Shown here: in pieces, positions 38,576 through 49,212 of the stretch | Numbering within the stretch: position 1 is the first letter of the stretch | How the letters are laid out: each line of letters opens with the position of its first letter | Source: an uncultured Verrucomicrobiae bacterium | Lineage (GTDB): Bacteria; Verrucomicrobiota; Verrucomicrobiia; Chthoniobacterales; JAFAMB01 | Reading direction: 5' to 3' | DNA length: 64,000 nucleotides | Assembly (NCBI GenBank): GCA_963762565.1 | Contig: CAVXLD010000007.1 | Coordinates: forward strand, 224,001-288,000 | Translations under genes and position numbers: made by a program | Notes under the pieces: model-generated | The model's database searches: none | The model's input: only the letters and a program-made list of their open reading frames with translations | Told to the model about the DNA's origin: nothing

Positions 38576-39799
38576 ATGTCGCAGCAATCTGGCTTTGGTC
38601 CGTTGCAGGGAGTTAAAGTGCTCGAACTGGGGCACGTCATGGCCGGCCCGGTCTGCGGAATGATGCTGGCCGATATGGGCGCAGAGGTCATCAAATTAGA
38701 GAAGATTGCCGGCGGGGACGATACCCGGCGAATGGTGCCCCCAAGGATCAAAGGGGAATCCGCTGCTTTTATGATGCTGAACCGGAATAAGCGTGGGATC
38801 GCGGTCGACCTAAAGTCTCCCCAGGGCATTGAGATCGTTAAAAGGCTGATCCAGGGAAACGATATTCTGATTGAAAATTTTCGGCTTGGTACGATGGAGC
38901 GCCTCGGGTTGGGCTACGAAGATGCCCAGAAGCTAAATCCCGGACTGATCTATTGCTCATTGTCAGGGTTCGGCCGAACTGGACCGTACGCAGAGCGAGG
39001 CGGGTTTGATCTGGTGGCTCAAGGAATGTCCGGGTTGATGAGCATTACCGGCAATCGCCACGACGAGACGCCGGTGAAGGTGGGTCCACCGATTACCGAC
39101 ATAACGGCCGGTATTCTTGGAGCAATGGGCGTGCTCGCGGCTTATACCTATCGGCTAAAGACGGGACAGGGCCAGTTGGTGGATACTTCTCTGTTCGAGG
39201 CCGGCATTGTGCAAACCTACTTCCATTCGGCGATCTTTCTGGCGACAGGGCAATCACCCACACCGACAGGCTCGGCCCACATCATGAGCGCGCCTTATCA
39301 GGCGTTTCCCACTGCTGACGGCTGGATCACGGTAGGCGCGGCGAACCAAGCGAATTGGCTGCGTCTGATCGAAGTCATTGAAGCTCCGGGGTTGGCTACC
39401 GATCACCGGTTCAAGGAAAATGTCGATCGGATGCATCATCTCGATGAACTAACTGAAGCACTGCAACCTTACTTTCGACAGAGAACCTCCGCGGATTGGT
39501 TAAGCCGGTTCGAGAAGGCCGGCCTACCTGCAGGTCCGATTTATAATATGAAAGAAGTCTTGGAAGACGAACAGACGCGGGCCCGAAACATGATAACGGA
39601 AGTACCGCACGCGACGCTAGGCAGCACCAAGACGCTCGGAGCACCAGTGAAATTCTCCCACACGCCGAGTGAGGTCAGGCGTGGCGCACCGGTCCTAGGA
39701 CAACATACGCACGAGATCCTGGCCGAGGTGGGCTTTGATGCGGACGAGATAGAGCGAATGGAACGCGAAGGAGTGGTGTTAACGCATGGTAAACAGTAA
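38576..39799 (+). CDS. Class III CoA transferase (CaiB/BaiF)
   Basis: PLQGVKVLEL, LADMGAEVIK, NRNKR, ENFRLG, GFD; ATG 38576 (the upstream ORF extension is repeat). Confidence 0.92.
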   Translation: MSQQSGFGPLQGVKVLELGHVMAGPVCGMMLADMGAEVIKLEKIAGGDDTRRMVPPRIKGESAAFMMLNRNKRGIAVDLKSPQGIEIVKRLIQGNDILIENFRLGTMERLGLGYEDAQKLNPGLIYCSLSGFGRTGPYAERGGFDLVAQGMSGLMSITGNRHDETPVKVGPPITDITAGILGAMGVLAAYTYRLKTGQGQLVDTSLFEAGIVQTYFHSAIFLATGQSPTPTGSAHIMSAPYQAFPTADGWITVGAANQANWLRLIEVIEAPGLATDHRFKENVDRMHHLDELTEALQPYFRQRTSADWLSRFEKAGLPAGPIYNMKEVLEDEQTRARNMITEVPHATLGSTKTLGAPVKFSHTPSEVRRGAPVLGQHTHEILAEVGFDADEIERMEREGVVLTHGKQ

Positions 39800-39912
39800 G
39801 CAGTAATCAGTAAGCGGTAAGCAGTAATCAGTGCAGAGGCCGCCGGCCAAAGCCGTCGAGAACTGATCAGTGACTTCCTGCTTACCGCTTCCGCTTACTA
39901 ATTTTAAAGGAT

Positions 39913-40689
39913 ATGGCTGACATCAACATCGAACGGAAAGAGGGCATCGCGGAGGTAAAATTCAACCGCCCCGGGGTGCGGAACGCTTTGACCTTTGAAA
40001 TGTACGACGCCGTGTACAATTTGTGCGCCGAGGCCAACTCAACGGAGGAAATCAAAGCCATTATTTTTGCAGGAGTCGACTCGTCTGCCTTTGCGTCCGG
40101 GACGGATATTAGCCTGTTGCAGGGGATTACCGATGGGAAAGACGGCATCAAGTACGAAGAGGAAATCGAGCGGGTCGTGGGGATGGTGGAACGTTGCCGG
40201 GTACCAACCATTGCTGCCATCGCGGGCGCTTGCACCGGCGGCGGAGCAGCCTTAGCGACCGCCTGCGATTTACGGATCGGAGCCAAGAACATGAGGTTCG
40301 GTTATCCGATGGCTAAAACATTAGGTAATTGTCTGTCATTGCCGAATTCAGCGCGTTTGATTTTTCTGATTGGTCCGGGCCGGTTTAAAGAACTCTTGCT
40401 GACGGCCAGATTAATGGGAGCGGAGGAAGCGTACGCCACCGGGTTAATCAACGAAATAGTTGAGGATGCATTGAATTTGTTAGTCCGTGCTCGCGAACTG
40501 GCGGCATCGATCGCTGAAAATGCTCCCCTAACCATCTGGGCAGCTAAAGAAGCGGTTCGCCGGCTCCATGAGCAATTACAATCGGCGGATTTCACCGATG
40601 TAATCGAACGCTGTTACCAGAGCGACGATTTCCGCCTTGGTGTCGACTCATTTATCAGAAAACAGACTCCAAAGTGGCTCGGTAAGTAG
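39913..40689 (+). CDS. Enoyl-CoA hydratase/isomerase family protein
   Basis: NRPGVRNAL, AFASGTDI, PTIAAIAGACTGGG, CDLRI. Confidence 0.9.
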   Translation: MADINIERKEGIAEVKFNRPGVRNALTFEMYDAVYNLCAEANSTEEIKAIIFAGVDSSAFASGTDISLLQGITDGKDGIKYEEEIERVVGMVERCRVPTIAAIAGACTGGGAALATACDLRIGAKNMRFGYPMAKTLGNCLSLPNSARLIFLIGPGRFKELLLTARLMGAEEAYATGLINEIVEDALNLLVRARELAASIAENAPLTIWAAKEAVRRLHEQLQSADFTDVIERCYQSDDFRLGVDSFIRKQTPKWLGK

Positions 40690-40920
40690 GGTCGCGAATT
40701 GATCCGCCTTCTTTGGGATTTTTATACTCGTCCCGCGGCCGAGGGAAGGCATCGCTCCACGGGTTCCGAACGCCAAAGCTGTCTTTGGTGAAAAATTCCT
40801 TTGCTTGAGCTAGTTCCGATCTGCGAAATTGTTGGCAGTGGAAGAGCGGCGGGTCTAGCGAGGATGCGTCAGCGGGTTTGGAAAGCAGGTCAAGCTGGCC
40901 GGCGCCGCTCCCACAGTGCA

Positions 40921-43900
40921 ATGAAGATAATCCGGGTCTTCGTCTCGTCCCCAGGAGACGTTAAAGCCGAGCGATCAATCGCAGACAGCATACTGCGCGC
41001 GACGGCCGAAGAATTCGGCATCCCGGTCAGCGTCCAGTACTCGAATCTTCTGCGCGAGGAACAGCCATCACTTTCGCCGGGCACCGTTGACGAAACGGCG
41101 AATGGGCGAATGGGCGAGACGGCGAACGAAGCTGCGGATGACGAGTTAGTTCTTTGTCCGTATTTTTGGGAGTACCAGCGATTTTCTTCGGACCTCGGGT
41201 ATCAAGACCAGATTCCAAACCCAGCGCAATTTGATCTTGTGATTTGTATCCTCTGGTCGCGGCTTGGGACAAGGCTGCATCCTCGCTTCAGGATGCCGGA
41301 CGGCAGCGAACCGAGATCCGGAACGGAGTTTGAACTGGGCTGGGCAAAGGAACAACACCAGAAGACACCCGGTGTCCCGGCGCTCCAGGTCTATCGGAAC
41401 CGGAGCCGGCCGAATCCACCGGTTGATGCGCCGGAGAAACTCGAAGAGTTCCTTAAGCAATGGAAAGCGCTAGAGGATTTTCTTAACTCTTGGAGCAGAG
41501 ATAGTGAGGGCGCGTTTGTTGGCGCGTTCAATAGCTATAGGAATCTCGAAGAGTTCGAACGCCTATTTCGAGAACATTTTCGGGACTTTCTTTTCACACA
41601 GATTTCCAGCGGACGCGAACGTTTGTTGATAGCGCGCCGGAGCCGGCCCCGCCGGTGGAAAGAGAATCCGTTTCGCGGTCTCGAGGTTTTTGATTTTGAG
41701 CACGCAGCTATCTTTCACGGTAGAACCAAGGAGATCGGAGCAGTACTCGAGGCGTTGGAAGTCCAAGTCAGAGAGCACCGACCGTTCGTTCTGGTTGTTG
41801 GTCCCAGCGGTTCCGGCAAGAGCTCGCTGGTGCGGGCAGGTGTACTTCCGCTTTTAACCCAACCGGAGACGATTGAAGGAATCGGGCTCTGGCGATGGGC
41901 TGTCACGAGGCCGGGAGCTGGTGGACGGGATGGCGATTGCTTTGACGCCTTAGCCAGCGCGCTGCTGGAGTCATCGGCGCTGCCGGTTCTCGAAAATCCA
42001 GAATCGACGGATGGCGTGCGAGATTTGGCAACCGAGCTAAGAGAACATTCTGATAGCATCGCACTGCGTTTTCGCGATGCGCTCGATCACGCAGCGCGTG
42101 AATGGAAAATTGAACAAATTCACTACCTGACAGAAAAGGAACGCCAGTTCAGGGAGGCAGGCCGGCCAGATGACGCAGATGCCGCTCGAGAGCGGAGGGA
42201 GAGACTTGAGCTCCCGAGAGCGCGTTTAGCATTGGTGATCGACCAGTTAGAAGAGCTGTTCACAAGCGGTTTCTCATTAGACATTCAGCAAAAATACGTT
42301 GCCACTATTGCAGGTCTGGCCCGCAGCGGCCGAGTCATGGTCATCGCGACGTTGCGGAGCGATTTTTACCCTTCGTATCAGCAGTTCCCTGATTTGATCG
42401 AGCTTAGCAGTCCGGCGGGAAAAGTGGACCTTCGGCCGCCGAGTGGAAACGAGATGGGCAACATGGTCCGGCTGCCGGCCGAAGCCGCCGGTTTACAGTT
42501 TGAGGAAGATCAAGGGTCAGGTCAGCGCCTGGATCAAGCTCTAGCGGAGGTTGCAACCGCGACACCGGAGTCGCTTCCGTTGTTGGAACATGTCTTGGCA
42601 CTTCTTTATGAAGCGCAAGCGACCCGGGGTGATGACCTGCTTCGCTGGTCGGACTATCGCGAGCTCGGCGAACTGAAAGGTGCCCTGGCTAAACATGCTG
42701 AGGCTGTGTTCAACACATTGCAACCGGTTGAGCAAGCAGCGTTTCCGGTGATCATGCGGCGCTTGGTTACGCTCGGCCAAGGTGAAGAAGAAGTCCCCAA
42801 CCGGCGAACGGTCCCTTATCGAGATTTTGTTATATCGACCGATCGTGATGCAGGTGCGCGAGCGTTTATCGATCTTTTTATTAAGGAACGGCTGCTGGTA
42901 GCGGATACGGATCCGCAAGGGGAGATGACCGTGACCGTTGCTCACGAGGCACTCCTCCGTGAATGGCAACGGGTCAAAGTGTGGCTGAAAGAAAATCGCG
43001 AATTCTTGCGGATGCGCGATCGCTTGGATGCCAGCCTTCGACTCTGGCACTATCGCGGAAATCAAAAGGATGATCTGCTTCGCCCGGGACTTCCGCTAGC
43101 GGAGGGCGAAAAACTGGTCAAAGACTTCGAGGAGTCGCTGAGTCTGGAAGCGGCTAACTACATTCGTGCGAGTATCTCCGAAAGAAAGAGACGCAGACGG
43201 ATCCAGGACGGGATTCGTTATACGTTTTTGGCTGCGATAACCGGGCTGGCGGTGTTTGCCGGTGTCCAATGGTTCCGAGCTGAAGGTCAGCGACAGAGCG
43301 CAGCTCAAGCCCTTAAATCTGAAGCGGAGATTGCCGGGAAGCTGAAGGAACAGTTGAAGCAGGCGAGCTGGGCGAGTTTCAATCAGGCGGAGCGCCAGTT
43401 TCAGCTGAAAGAATGGAACGAAGCGATTGCTCTTCTGGCTCGTGCGATCAAGTTCGATCCGACCAATCAAGTCGTTTCTCAACGATTCTTTCATGAGCTG
43501 ATTGCTCACCGAGAAAAGGCAATGCCAATCCCGATCCGATTGTTTGCTCACCATGATGTCGTGTACCATGCGTCGTTCGACCGCGATGGGGTACGAATTC
43601 TGACCGCAAGCTGGGACAAGACCGCCAAACTTTGGGAAGCAGGTTCGGGCAATCTGATCATGACTTTCGCTCACAACGCTGCAGTCAATGCGGCGAAGTT
43701 TAGTCCTGACGGTACGCGAGTCGTCACGGCGAGCGCAGATAAAACCGCAAAACTTTGGGATGCCGGTTCGGGCCTGCCTCTAAGCGTGTTCAACCACCAG
43801 GACAGTGTTACGGATGCGACGTTCAGTCCGGACGGCTCCAAGCTCGCGACGGCCAGCGCTGACAAGACGGTGAAGCTTTGGGACACAAGCTCGGGCAAGC

Positions 43901-46017
43901 TCATTGTGACGTTAACCCATCAAGGCGTCGTGAACGCAGTGGCATTTAGTCCTGATGGCAAGCGGGTCCTCACGGCAAGTGCCGATAAGACTGCTAAGCT
44001 CTGGGATGCAGTATCGGGCGGATTGATCACCTCTTTTCCTCATGAAGGGATCGTTTATTTTGCCGTATTCAGCCCGGACGGAACCCGGATAGTGACGGCT
44101 AGCGCTGATAGGACGGCGAAGCTTTGGGATGCCAATTCCGCCAATCTTCTCGCAACATTCACTCATCAGGACAGCGTTTATTATGCGGCATTCAGCCCGG
44201 ATGGTACGCGGGTGATTTCGGCCAGCGCTGATAAGACTGCGAAACTGTGGGAAACAGAACCCGCTAAGCTAGTCGCTACTCTCGCGCATGAAGGAGGAGT
44301 CTATCGTGTCGCGTTCAGTCCCGACGGCGAACGGATTGTTACAGCGAGTTGGGACCGGACAGCAAAGCTCTGGACGACATCGGGCAAGCTGATCGCGTCG
44401 TTTGCCGATCAGGCTGAACTGGAAGATGTCGTTTTCAGCCCAGACGGCTCACAAGTTTTGACGGCGAGCTGGGATAAAACCGTGAAACTCTGGGAGGCGA
44501 GAATGGGCGAGCTGATCGCTTCATTCGACCACTCAGACGGTGTGAATGCTGTTGTTTTCAGTCCGGACGGCGAGCGCGTGCTGACCGCAAGCGCCGACAC
44601 GAAGGCAAGGCTTTGGGACTCGACCTCGGGAAAGCTGATCGCTTCGTTTCAGCATGAGGCAAGTGTCAACGCTGTCGATTTCAGTCCCGATGGTTCTCGA
44701 GTATTGACCGGCGCCGCTGATCACACCGCCAAAATCTGGGAGGTGAAAACGGGCACGCTCATGGGCACCTTCGAGCACGATGACAGCGTCAACGCGGCCG
44801 TGTTTAGCCCTGATGGAGCGCGGATCTTGACCGCCGGCTCGGATAAGAAGGCAAAGCTCTGGGATGTCGCCTCGGGTAAGCTCCTCTTGACGGTTGTCCA
44901 TGACGAGGGTGTCAACGCTGCCGCATTCAGTCCCGATGGGCGCCGGATCCTGACCGCAAGTGCAGATAAAACCGCCAGGATTTGGGATGCAACAACAGGT
45001 AATCTGGTCGCTTCATTTGAGCACGGGGACAGTGTGAACCAGGTGGTTTTCAGCCCGGATGGCACGCACATTCTTACGGCATGCGCGGATGGGACCGCGA
45101 ATCTTTGGGACGTCGCTACGGGAAAGATTATGCAGGTCTTTGCTCATGAAGAGCCGGTTCGTTGCGCTGTGTTCAGCCCGGATGCGACGAGGATCCTAAC
45201 CGGGAGCATCGACAATATCGCTCGACTCTGGGATATAGCGTCGGGCAAGGTGATCGCCGTTTTTAATCATCAGGATACCATCCGGTGCGCAGCCTTTTGC
45301 CGGGATGGCACGCGAGTTCTCACTGGCAGCGCAGATAACACGGCTAGGCTCTGGGATCTCGCCACACCCTTCGAACTATCTCAACAGGTCAGAACGCTGC
45401 GTGATAAAAACCCCGGAACCGGCTCTTCGACGTCCGGGATTCCTTCTGAGGGGCTCCCGGTGGAAACACTCTCGGAAATTGCCACTGGGCTGCGATTCTC
45501 TGCGGATGGCTCGCTTGTACCGGTCGAAGAGCAACGTCGACAACAACTGACGCAGGAGGTGAGACCTTTAATGGATGCCCTGCCCGCTGGCGCCCAATTT
45601 ACTCAATGGTTCTTAAGCGCGGGGGGCGAACGAACGCTGTTTCCCGCGAGCAAAACCAAGGGGGTAGAATGGGTACATAACGGGGTTTTGACCAATGCAG
45701 ATCTGAGCGAAGGATGGCTTCGCGCTGCGTTGCTGCTACTCCCTGATGATTCCTTACTGCATGTCGCGTTAGCAAAATTCGAAAACAATCCGCAACGCGC
45801 AGACTTCCTCCGCACATTTGGTCTGGTTCGACTGCCAAAAGACTCATCTATCTGCGTGCGCGTTGCTCAGATGCTTTTGGAGCAGCATCAACCAAAACTA
45901 GCGCTCACCGCGGTCGAGAAAGGACTTCTGACAGATCCGACCAACGAATCGGCTCAGCATCTCCGGCTCGAAATATTGAAATTCCTGCAGCAGGATAACG
46001 GCGCCGCCAATCCCTAG
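40921..46017 (+). CDS. DUF4062-like N-terminal domain + nSTAND1 ATPase + TM + 15 WD40 repeats
   Basis: RVFVSSPGDV..ER; NPFRGL..F.GR; GPSGSGKSSLVRAG; IDQLEELF; VAHEALLREW; 15 mostly 41-aa FSPDG..W repeats. Confidence 0.9.
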   Translation: MKIIRVFVSSPGDVKAERSIADSILRATAEEFGIPVSVQYSNLLREEQPSLSPGTVDETANGRMGETANEAADDELVLCPYFWEYQRFSSDLGYQDQIPNPAQFDLVICILWSRLGTRLHPRFRMPDGSEPRSGTEFELGWAKEQHQKTPGVPALQVYRNRSRPNPPVDAPEKLEEFLKQWKALEDFLNSWSRDSEGAFVGAFNSYRNLEEFERLFREHFRDFLFTQISSGRERLLIARRSRPRRWKENPFRGLEVFDFEHAAIFHGRTKEIGAVLEALEVQVREHRPFVLVVGPSGSGKSSLVRAGVLPLLTQPETIEGIGLWRWAVTRPGAGGRDGDCFDALASALLESSALPVLENPESTDGVRDLATELREHSDSIALRFRDALDHAAREWKIEQIHYLTEKERQFREAGRPDDADAARERRERLELPRARLALVIDQLEELFTSGFSLDIQQKYVATIAGLARSGRVMVIATLRSDFYPSYQQFPDLIELSSPAGKVDLRPPSGNEMGNMVRLPAEAAGLQFEEDQGSGQRLDQALAEVATATPESLPLLEHVLALLYEAQATRGDDLLRWSDYRELGELKGALAKHAEAVFNTLQPVEQAAFPVIMRRLVTLGQGEEEVPNRRTVPYRDFVISTDRDAGARAFIDLFIKERLLVADTDPQGEMTVTVAHEALLREWQRVKVWLKENREFLRMRDRLDASLRLWHYRGNQKDDLLRPGLPLAEGEKLVKDFEESLSLEAANYIRASISERKRRRRIQDGIRYTFLAAITGLAVFAGVQWFRAEGQRQSAAQALKSEAEIAGKLKEQLKQASWASFNQAERQFQLKEWNEAIALLARAIKFDPTNQVVSQRFFHELIAHREKAMPIPIRLFAHHDVVYHASFDRDGVRILTASWDKTAKLWEAGSGNLIMTFAHNAAVNAAKFSPDGTRVVTASADKTAKLWDAGSGLPLSVFNHQDSVTDATFSPDGSKLATASADKTVKLWDTSSGKLIVTLTHQGVVNAVAFSPDGKRVLTASADKTAKLWDAVSGGLITSFPHEGIVYFAVFSPDGTRIVTASADRTAKLWDANSANLLATFTHQDSVYYAAFSPDGTRVISASADKTAKLWETEPAKLVATLAHEGGVYRVAFSPDGERIVTASWDRTAKLWTTSGKLIASFADQAELEDVVFSPDGSQVLTASWDKTVKLWEARMGELIASFDHSDGVNAVVFSPDGERVLTASADTKARLWDSTSGKLIASFQHEASVNAVDFSPDGSRVLTGAADHTAKIWEVKTGTLMGTFEHDDSVNAAVFSPDGARILTAGSDKKAKLWDVASGKLLLTVVHDEGVNAAAFSPDGRRILTASADKTARIWDATTGNLVASFEHGDSVNQVVFSPDGTHILTACADGTANLWDVATGKIMQVFAHEEPVRCAVFSPDATRILTGSIDNIARLWDIASGKVIAVFNHQDTIRCAAFCRDGTRVLTGSADNTARLWDLATPFELSQQVRTLRDKNPGTGSSTSGIPSEGLPVETLSEIATGLRFSADGSLVPVEEQRRQQLTQEVRPLMDALPAGAQFTQWFLSAGGERTLFPASKTKGVEWVHNGVLTNADLSEGWLRAALLLLPDDSLLHVALAKFENNPQRADFLRTFGLVRLPKDSSICVRVAQMLLEQHQPKLALTAVEKGLLTDPTNESAQHLRLEILKFLQQDNGAANP

Positions 46018-46128
46018 TGCACCGTCTCGCATATAATGGTGACGTCGTTGCGTTCAAAATGGGCCGCCGGTCCGGCAGCTGCCGATGCGCGTCAACATAA
46101 GGGCGCAGGCGTTGGCCGGCCCCTGACC

Positions 46129-46250
46129 GGGAGGGCGCGCGTCCTCGCGCGCCGCAAAGAGGTGCCAAGCTCACAGACGTATTCCGATCACTCGACTGAC
46201 AAACACGCTCGGCCCCGGGAACAACGGATCGCGGGGACGCGATCCCTCCC
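46129..46250. mobile_element. Family B asymmetric doublet
   Basis: gggagggcgcgcgtcctcgcgcgccg ... cggatcgcggggacgcgatccctccc. Confidence 0.75.
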
Positions 46251-46370
46251 AGCGCCGGGTCCGGCACGTGCCAGGCACGTGCCTGGCAGCTGGCGGGCGA
46301 AAGCCACGTTATTTATGGGACAGGACACTAGATTACTGGTATAAAGGGACTTAGTTAGGAGGCGCCATCC

Positions 46371-46940
46371 ATGCCATCCGTGATTAAACTCTCCAGGCGC
46401 GTTGCCACGACTCTTTTTTGTGCAACTCTCTTCGCTGCAACCACCAGTTTCAGCTTTGATATCAAACCGCAGCGAGTTCTGGCTAGCGGTCTAGCAGTAG
46501 ACTTACCTAAAACATCATTCCAAAATGTGTTCCTGGAAGGGGAGCAAGGTACAGGCGTAGCGAAGCGAAACGTCGATGCACAGGGAGTCATACTAAAAGG
46601 GTGTGACGTCGTCGCCTTCTTTAAGGAGAGAAAAGCGGTCAAAGGCAGTTCTGAGCTGTCAGCCACTTATGAAAGCGCGACCTACCTTTTTACCTCGGCT
46701 GCGAATAAAGCCGAATTTGAAAAAGACCCTGCTAAATATGTTCCGCAATATGGCGCGTTTTGTGCCTATGGGGTAACTCTCGGAGTCCTGGCGGACCCTG
46801 AAGTTCCTGACGCTTTCCTGGTTTACAAAGGGAAGCTGTATGTTTGCGGAAATCAGGGGGCCTTGAAAGACTTCAAGAAGGATATCGACAGTAATATTGA
46901 CAAAGCCAATGTTAACTGGCGCCAGTTAGCCAGCCAGTAG
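46371..46940 (+). CDS. YHS domain protein
   Basis: GCDVVAFF, YLFTSAANK..F..DP.KY.PQYGAFCAYG. Confidence 0.85.
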   Translation: MPSVIKLSRRVATTLFCATLFAATTSFSFDIKPQRVLASGLAVDLPKTSFQNVFLEGEQGTGVAKRNVDAQGVILKGCDVVAFFKERKAVKGSSELSATYESATYLFTSAANKAEFEKDPAKYVPQYGAFCAYGVTLGVLADPEVPDAFLVYKGKLYVCGNQGALKDFKKDIDSNIDKANVNWRQLASQ

Positions 46941-46982
46941 TTCTATACCTTTTGGGTTTAACGCTTGGCTATCGGCTATTGG

Positions 46983-47399
46983 CTATTGCGGGCGAGCCTG
47001 AGGCGAGCCCGCATATTGTTCGTCGCTCACTTTTTCCAGCCAGTCCGCTCTCTCGTCGTCGAGCTTTTCCAGGATGGCTATGTGCGTCATGGCGGTGGTT
47101 GCGGTGGCGCCGTGCCAGTGTTTTTCACCGGGTGGGAACCAGACCACGTCTCCAGGCCGAATTTCCTCGATTGGGCCTCCCCAGTGCTGCGCCAGGCCGC
47201 AGCCCGCCGTGACGATCAGAGTCTGACCCAGCGGATGGGTGTGCCATGCGGTTCTAGCGCCTGGTTCGAACGTCACACTCACGACAAACGTTCGCGCTGG
47301 ATCGTGCGCGTCGAACAGCGGATCTATCCGCACGGCGCCGGTAAAATAGTCGACGGGTCCTTTACCCGAAGGTTGTGAGCCACTTCGTTTAATGTCCAT
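46983..47399 (-). CDS. Cupin domain protein
   Basis: [33 protein letters not shown]. Confidence 0.9.
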   Translation of the reverse strand: MDIKRSGSQPSGKGPVDYFTGAVRIDPLFDAHDPARTFVVSVTFEPGARTAWHTHPLGQTLIVTAGCGLAQHWGGPIEEIRPGDVVWFPPGEKHWHGATATTAMTHIAILEKLDDERADWLEKVSDEQYAGSPQARPQ

Positions 47400-47423
47400 G
47401 GGATGCTAGAGGGTTGGAATAAC

Positions 47424-47520
47424 GGTAGGGCGAGGCTCCCGAATAGTCCAACGCTTAGCCGGAGTGTCGAGCTTCAAGTAACCTGGTGTCTGGCTGGACC
47501 GAAGATCTCGCCGAGCCGTC
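47424..47520 (+). repeat. Single family E arm
   Basis: ggtagggcgaggctcccgaa ... cgccgagccgtc. Confidence 0.7.
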
Positions 47521-47628
47521 GGGTGGCGTTTTTCTTGGAGTTGGTGGTGTCGTTACCCATGTTTATTTGACGATAGAGGTTAACTGACGTAAGGAACGGA
47601 TGTAAGGAATTGGAATAGAGGTAAGGAC

Positions 47629-47925
47629 GTGGCGATTTCAACAATCACTAGCAAAGGACAAACAACCATACCGGGTGAGATCAGGCGGCTTCTGAAGCTG
47701 AAAGCTGGCGATCGAATCGAATTTGTGGTTGAAGCGGATGGCAAAGTGGTACTGGTGCCAGCTACAGTTCCTGTTGGCGAATTAGAGGGGCTTCTTGCCC
47801 CCGCTCCGCGTAAGGTATCGGTTGAGGAAATGGATGTAGCTGTTCGCAGGCGAGCTCGATCCGTCTCCGCGAAGCTTTGCTGCAGGTGCGGGTCCGGCCG
47901 TTTTTTCTGCCCATCTGCGGCGTAG
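47629..47925 (+). CDS. AbrB/MazE-type antitoxin-like protein; C-terminus probably altered by a deletion
   Basis: STITSKGQTTIP.EIRRLLKLKAGDRIEF. Confidence 0.8.
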   Translation: MAISTITSKGQTTIPGEIRRLLKLKAGDRIEFVVEADGKVVLVPATVPVGELEGLLAPAPRKVSVEEMDVAVRRRARSVSAKLCCRCGSGRFFCPSAA

Positions 47926-48242
47926 GCGTTTTCGAAGTTGGTGGCCGTCCGTCGGTCGTCTGGGCAGGTATCGGGAAAGGACATCCTCATCTGTTTCTGC
48001 TGCACCGGCGAATTCAGGATGCGGTGCTTCAAGCCGGACTCGAACCCGATCTCAAACCCTTTCATCCGCATATCACCCTCGGGCGCGCGAAAGGGATTTC
48101 CCAGCAAGCGCTTCAGCCGTTTCTACGGAAAAACGCAGACACGGATCTTAGCCTGTTCGAGGTTACCGGTTTTGAGCTGTATTCGAGCGTGCTGACGCCA
48201 GAAGGCGCGGTTCATCATTTGGAGATGCGACAGGAGTTCTGA
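47860..48242 (+). pseudogene. 5'-truncated 2H phosphoesterase (ThpR/LigT-like)
   Basis: Second HxT motif (FHPHITLGR) and FELYSSVL present; first HxT motif and N-terminus absent. Confidence 0.75.
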
Positions 48243-48259
48243 AACGGGTAACAAAGCGT

Positions 48260-48301
48260 CGGAGTGATGGAGTAATGGAGTAATGGAGTAATGGAGTATT
48301 G
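48260..48301. repeat. Octamer tandem repeat GGAGTAAT (head of family D)
   Basis: ggagtgat ggagtaat x3 ggagtatt. Confidence 0.8.
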
Positions 48302-48357
48302 GGGCATTGGAGTCTCGCCCGTTCGCCGTATCGCCTAGGCGATTAGCTGTTCACCAA

Positions 48358-48560
48358 TCAGTCTCGCGGCGGGCCCGGAAGGTGGCGCAGAAATGCAATC
48401 AGGGTTAATCCAACACCCAGCGGCCCGGGTCCGACTAGCAGCCAAAACACGGGATGGTCTGTGTAGGCGGAAAGGATGGTAGCAAGAAGCACCAGCGTAA
48501 AGGCGAATCCGAAGCCGCTAATGTCTCCAGTAGTCCAATTCTCTTAAGTGGCTTGTTCAT
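48358..48560 (-). pseudogene. Small two-TM protein with one missing base
   Basis: Adding one base near 48539 gives MNKPLKRNWTTGDISGFGFAFTLVLLATIL..VFWLLVGPG..LTLIAFLRHLPGPPRD*. Confidence 0.45.
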
Positions 48561-48828
48561 TGAGTCGCGATCAGACTTCGGCCCTGCATTCAAGCTTGCT
48601 CTCGGGATCTTGCGCGGCCGGTCGGAGTTTTGCGGAAAAAGGGAATCTGTTGCCGGCTGGGCCGTCCTCTCGGCTTTGGTTGGTTACAGCAAGCCTTGTA
48701 ACGCCGCCAAAGTAACTCTGGAGCCTCGAAGCCGTTTTAGAAAAGAGCAGCGTCTGGTTGATCCTCGAGAAAGCGCTGACAACTTTTGCCAAAAGATTAC
48801 CCGTTTAGTTTGCTCAGAAGTATCGCGT

Positions 48829-49212
48829 ATGAACCAGCATCGAAGCGATAGTGCGGGATCGATCCGGTCATGCCACAGATCCCTCGCCCGAGCTGAGGAA
48901 TGCGGAGCAGATAAAGGAATGGCTGCGAATTCGTGGAGCCGCTGAACTGTTGAACCTCGTGAAATGGGAGACTATCCCGAGAAAATTCTTCTACTTGGCG
49001 TATGCATAAGTCGCAGGTGGCGATACACTTGGAAGAGCTCCGACTTGGATGAGGTTTTCAAACAGGCCAAAGAGAAGCCTCCAAACAATTTCCCGCGCGA
49101 TATCGAGACGCTATCAAATTGAGGTCATTCATGCTGAAACACCACGGGCATACACCGTTACGGGACGGGTTGGAACAAAATCGCCCAGGTTATTGAGAAT
49201 GTAGAACGATGA
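48829..49212 (+). pseudogene. Multiply frameshifted small protein, possibly wHTH-like; stop overlaps the next ATG
   Basis: Manual reconstruction ..GDYPEKILLLG..WKSSDLDEVFKQAKEKPPNNFPRDI..YTVT.TGWNKIAQVIENVER* needs several 1-bp insertions. Confidence 0.35.

Noticed and set aside
40801..40920. Upstream extension of the STAND ORF (also the 34703-34870 extension of the autotransporter)
   Set aside because: Downstream ATGs (40921, 34702) match the domain start or signal peptide
48454..48945. 163-aa plus-strand ORF
   Set aside because: No recognisable features; it overlaps more protein-like frameshifted ORFs
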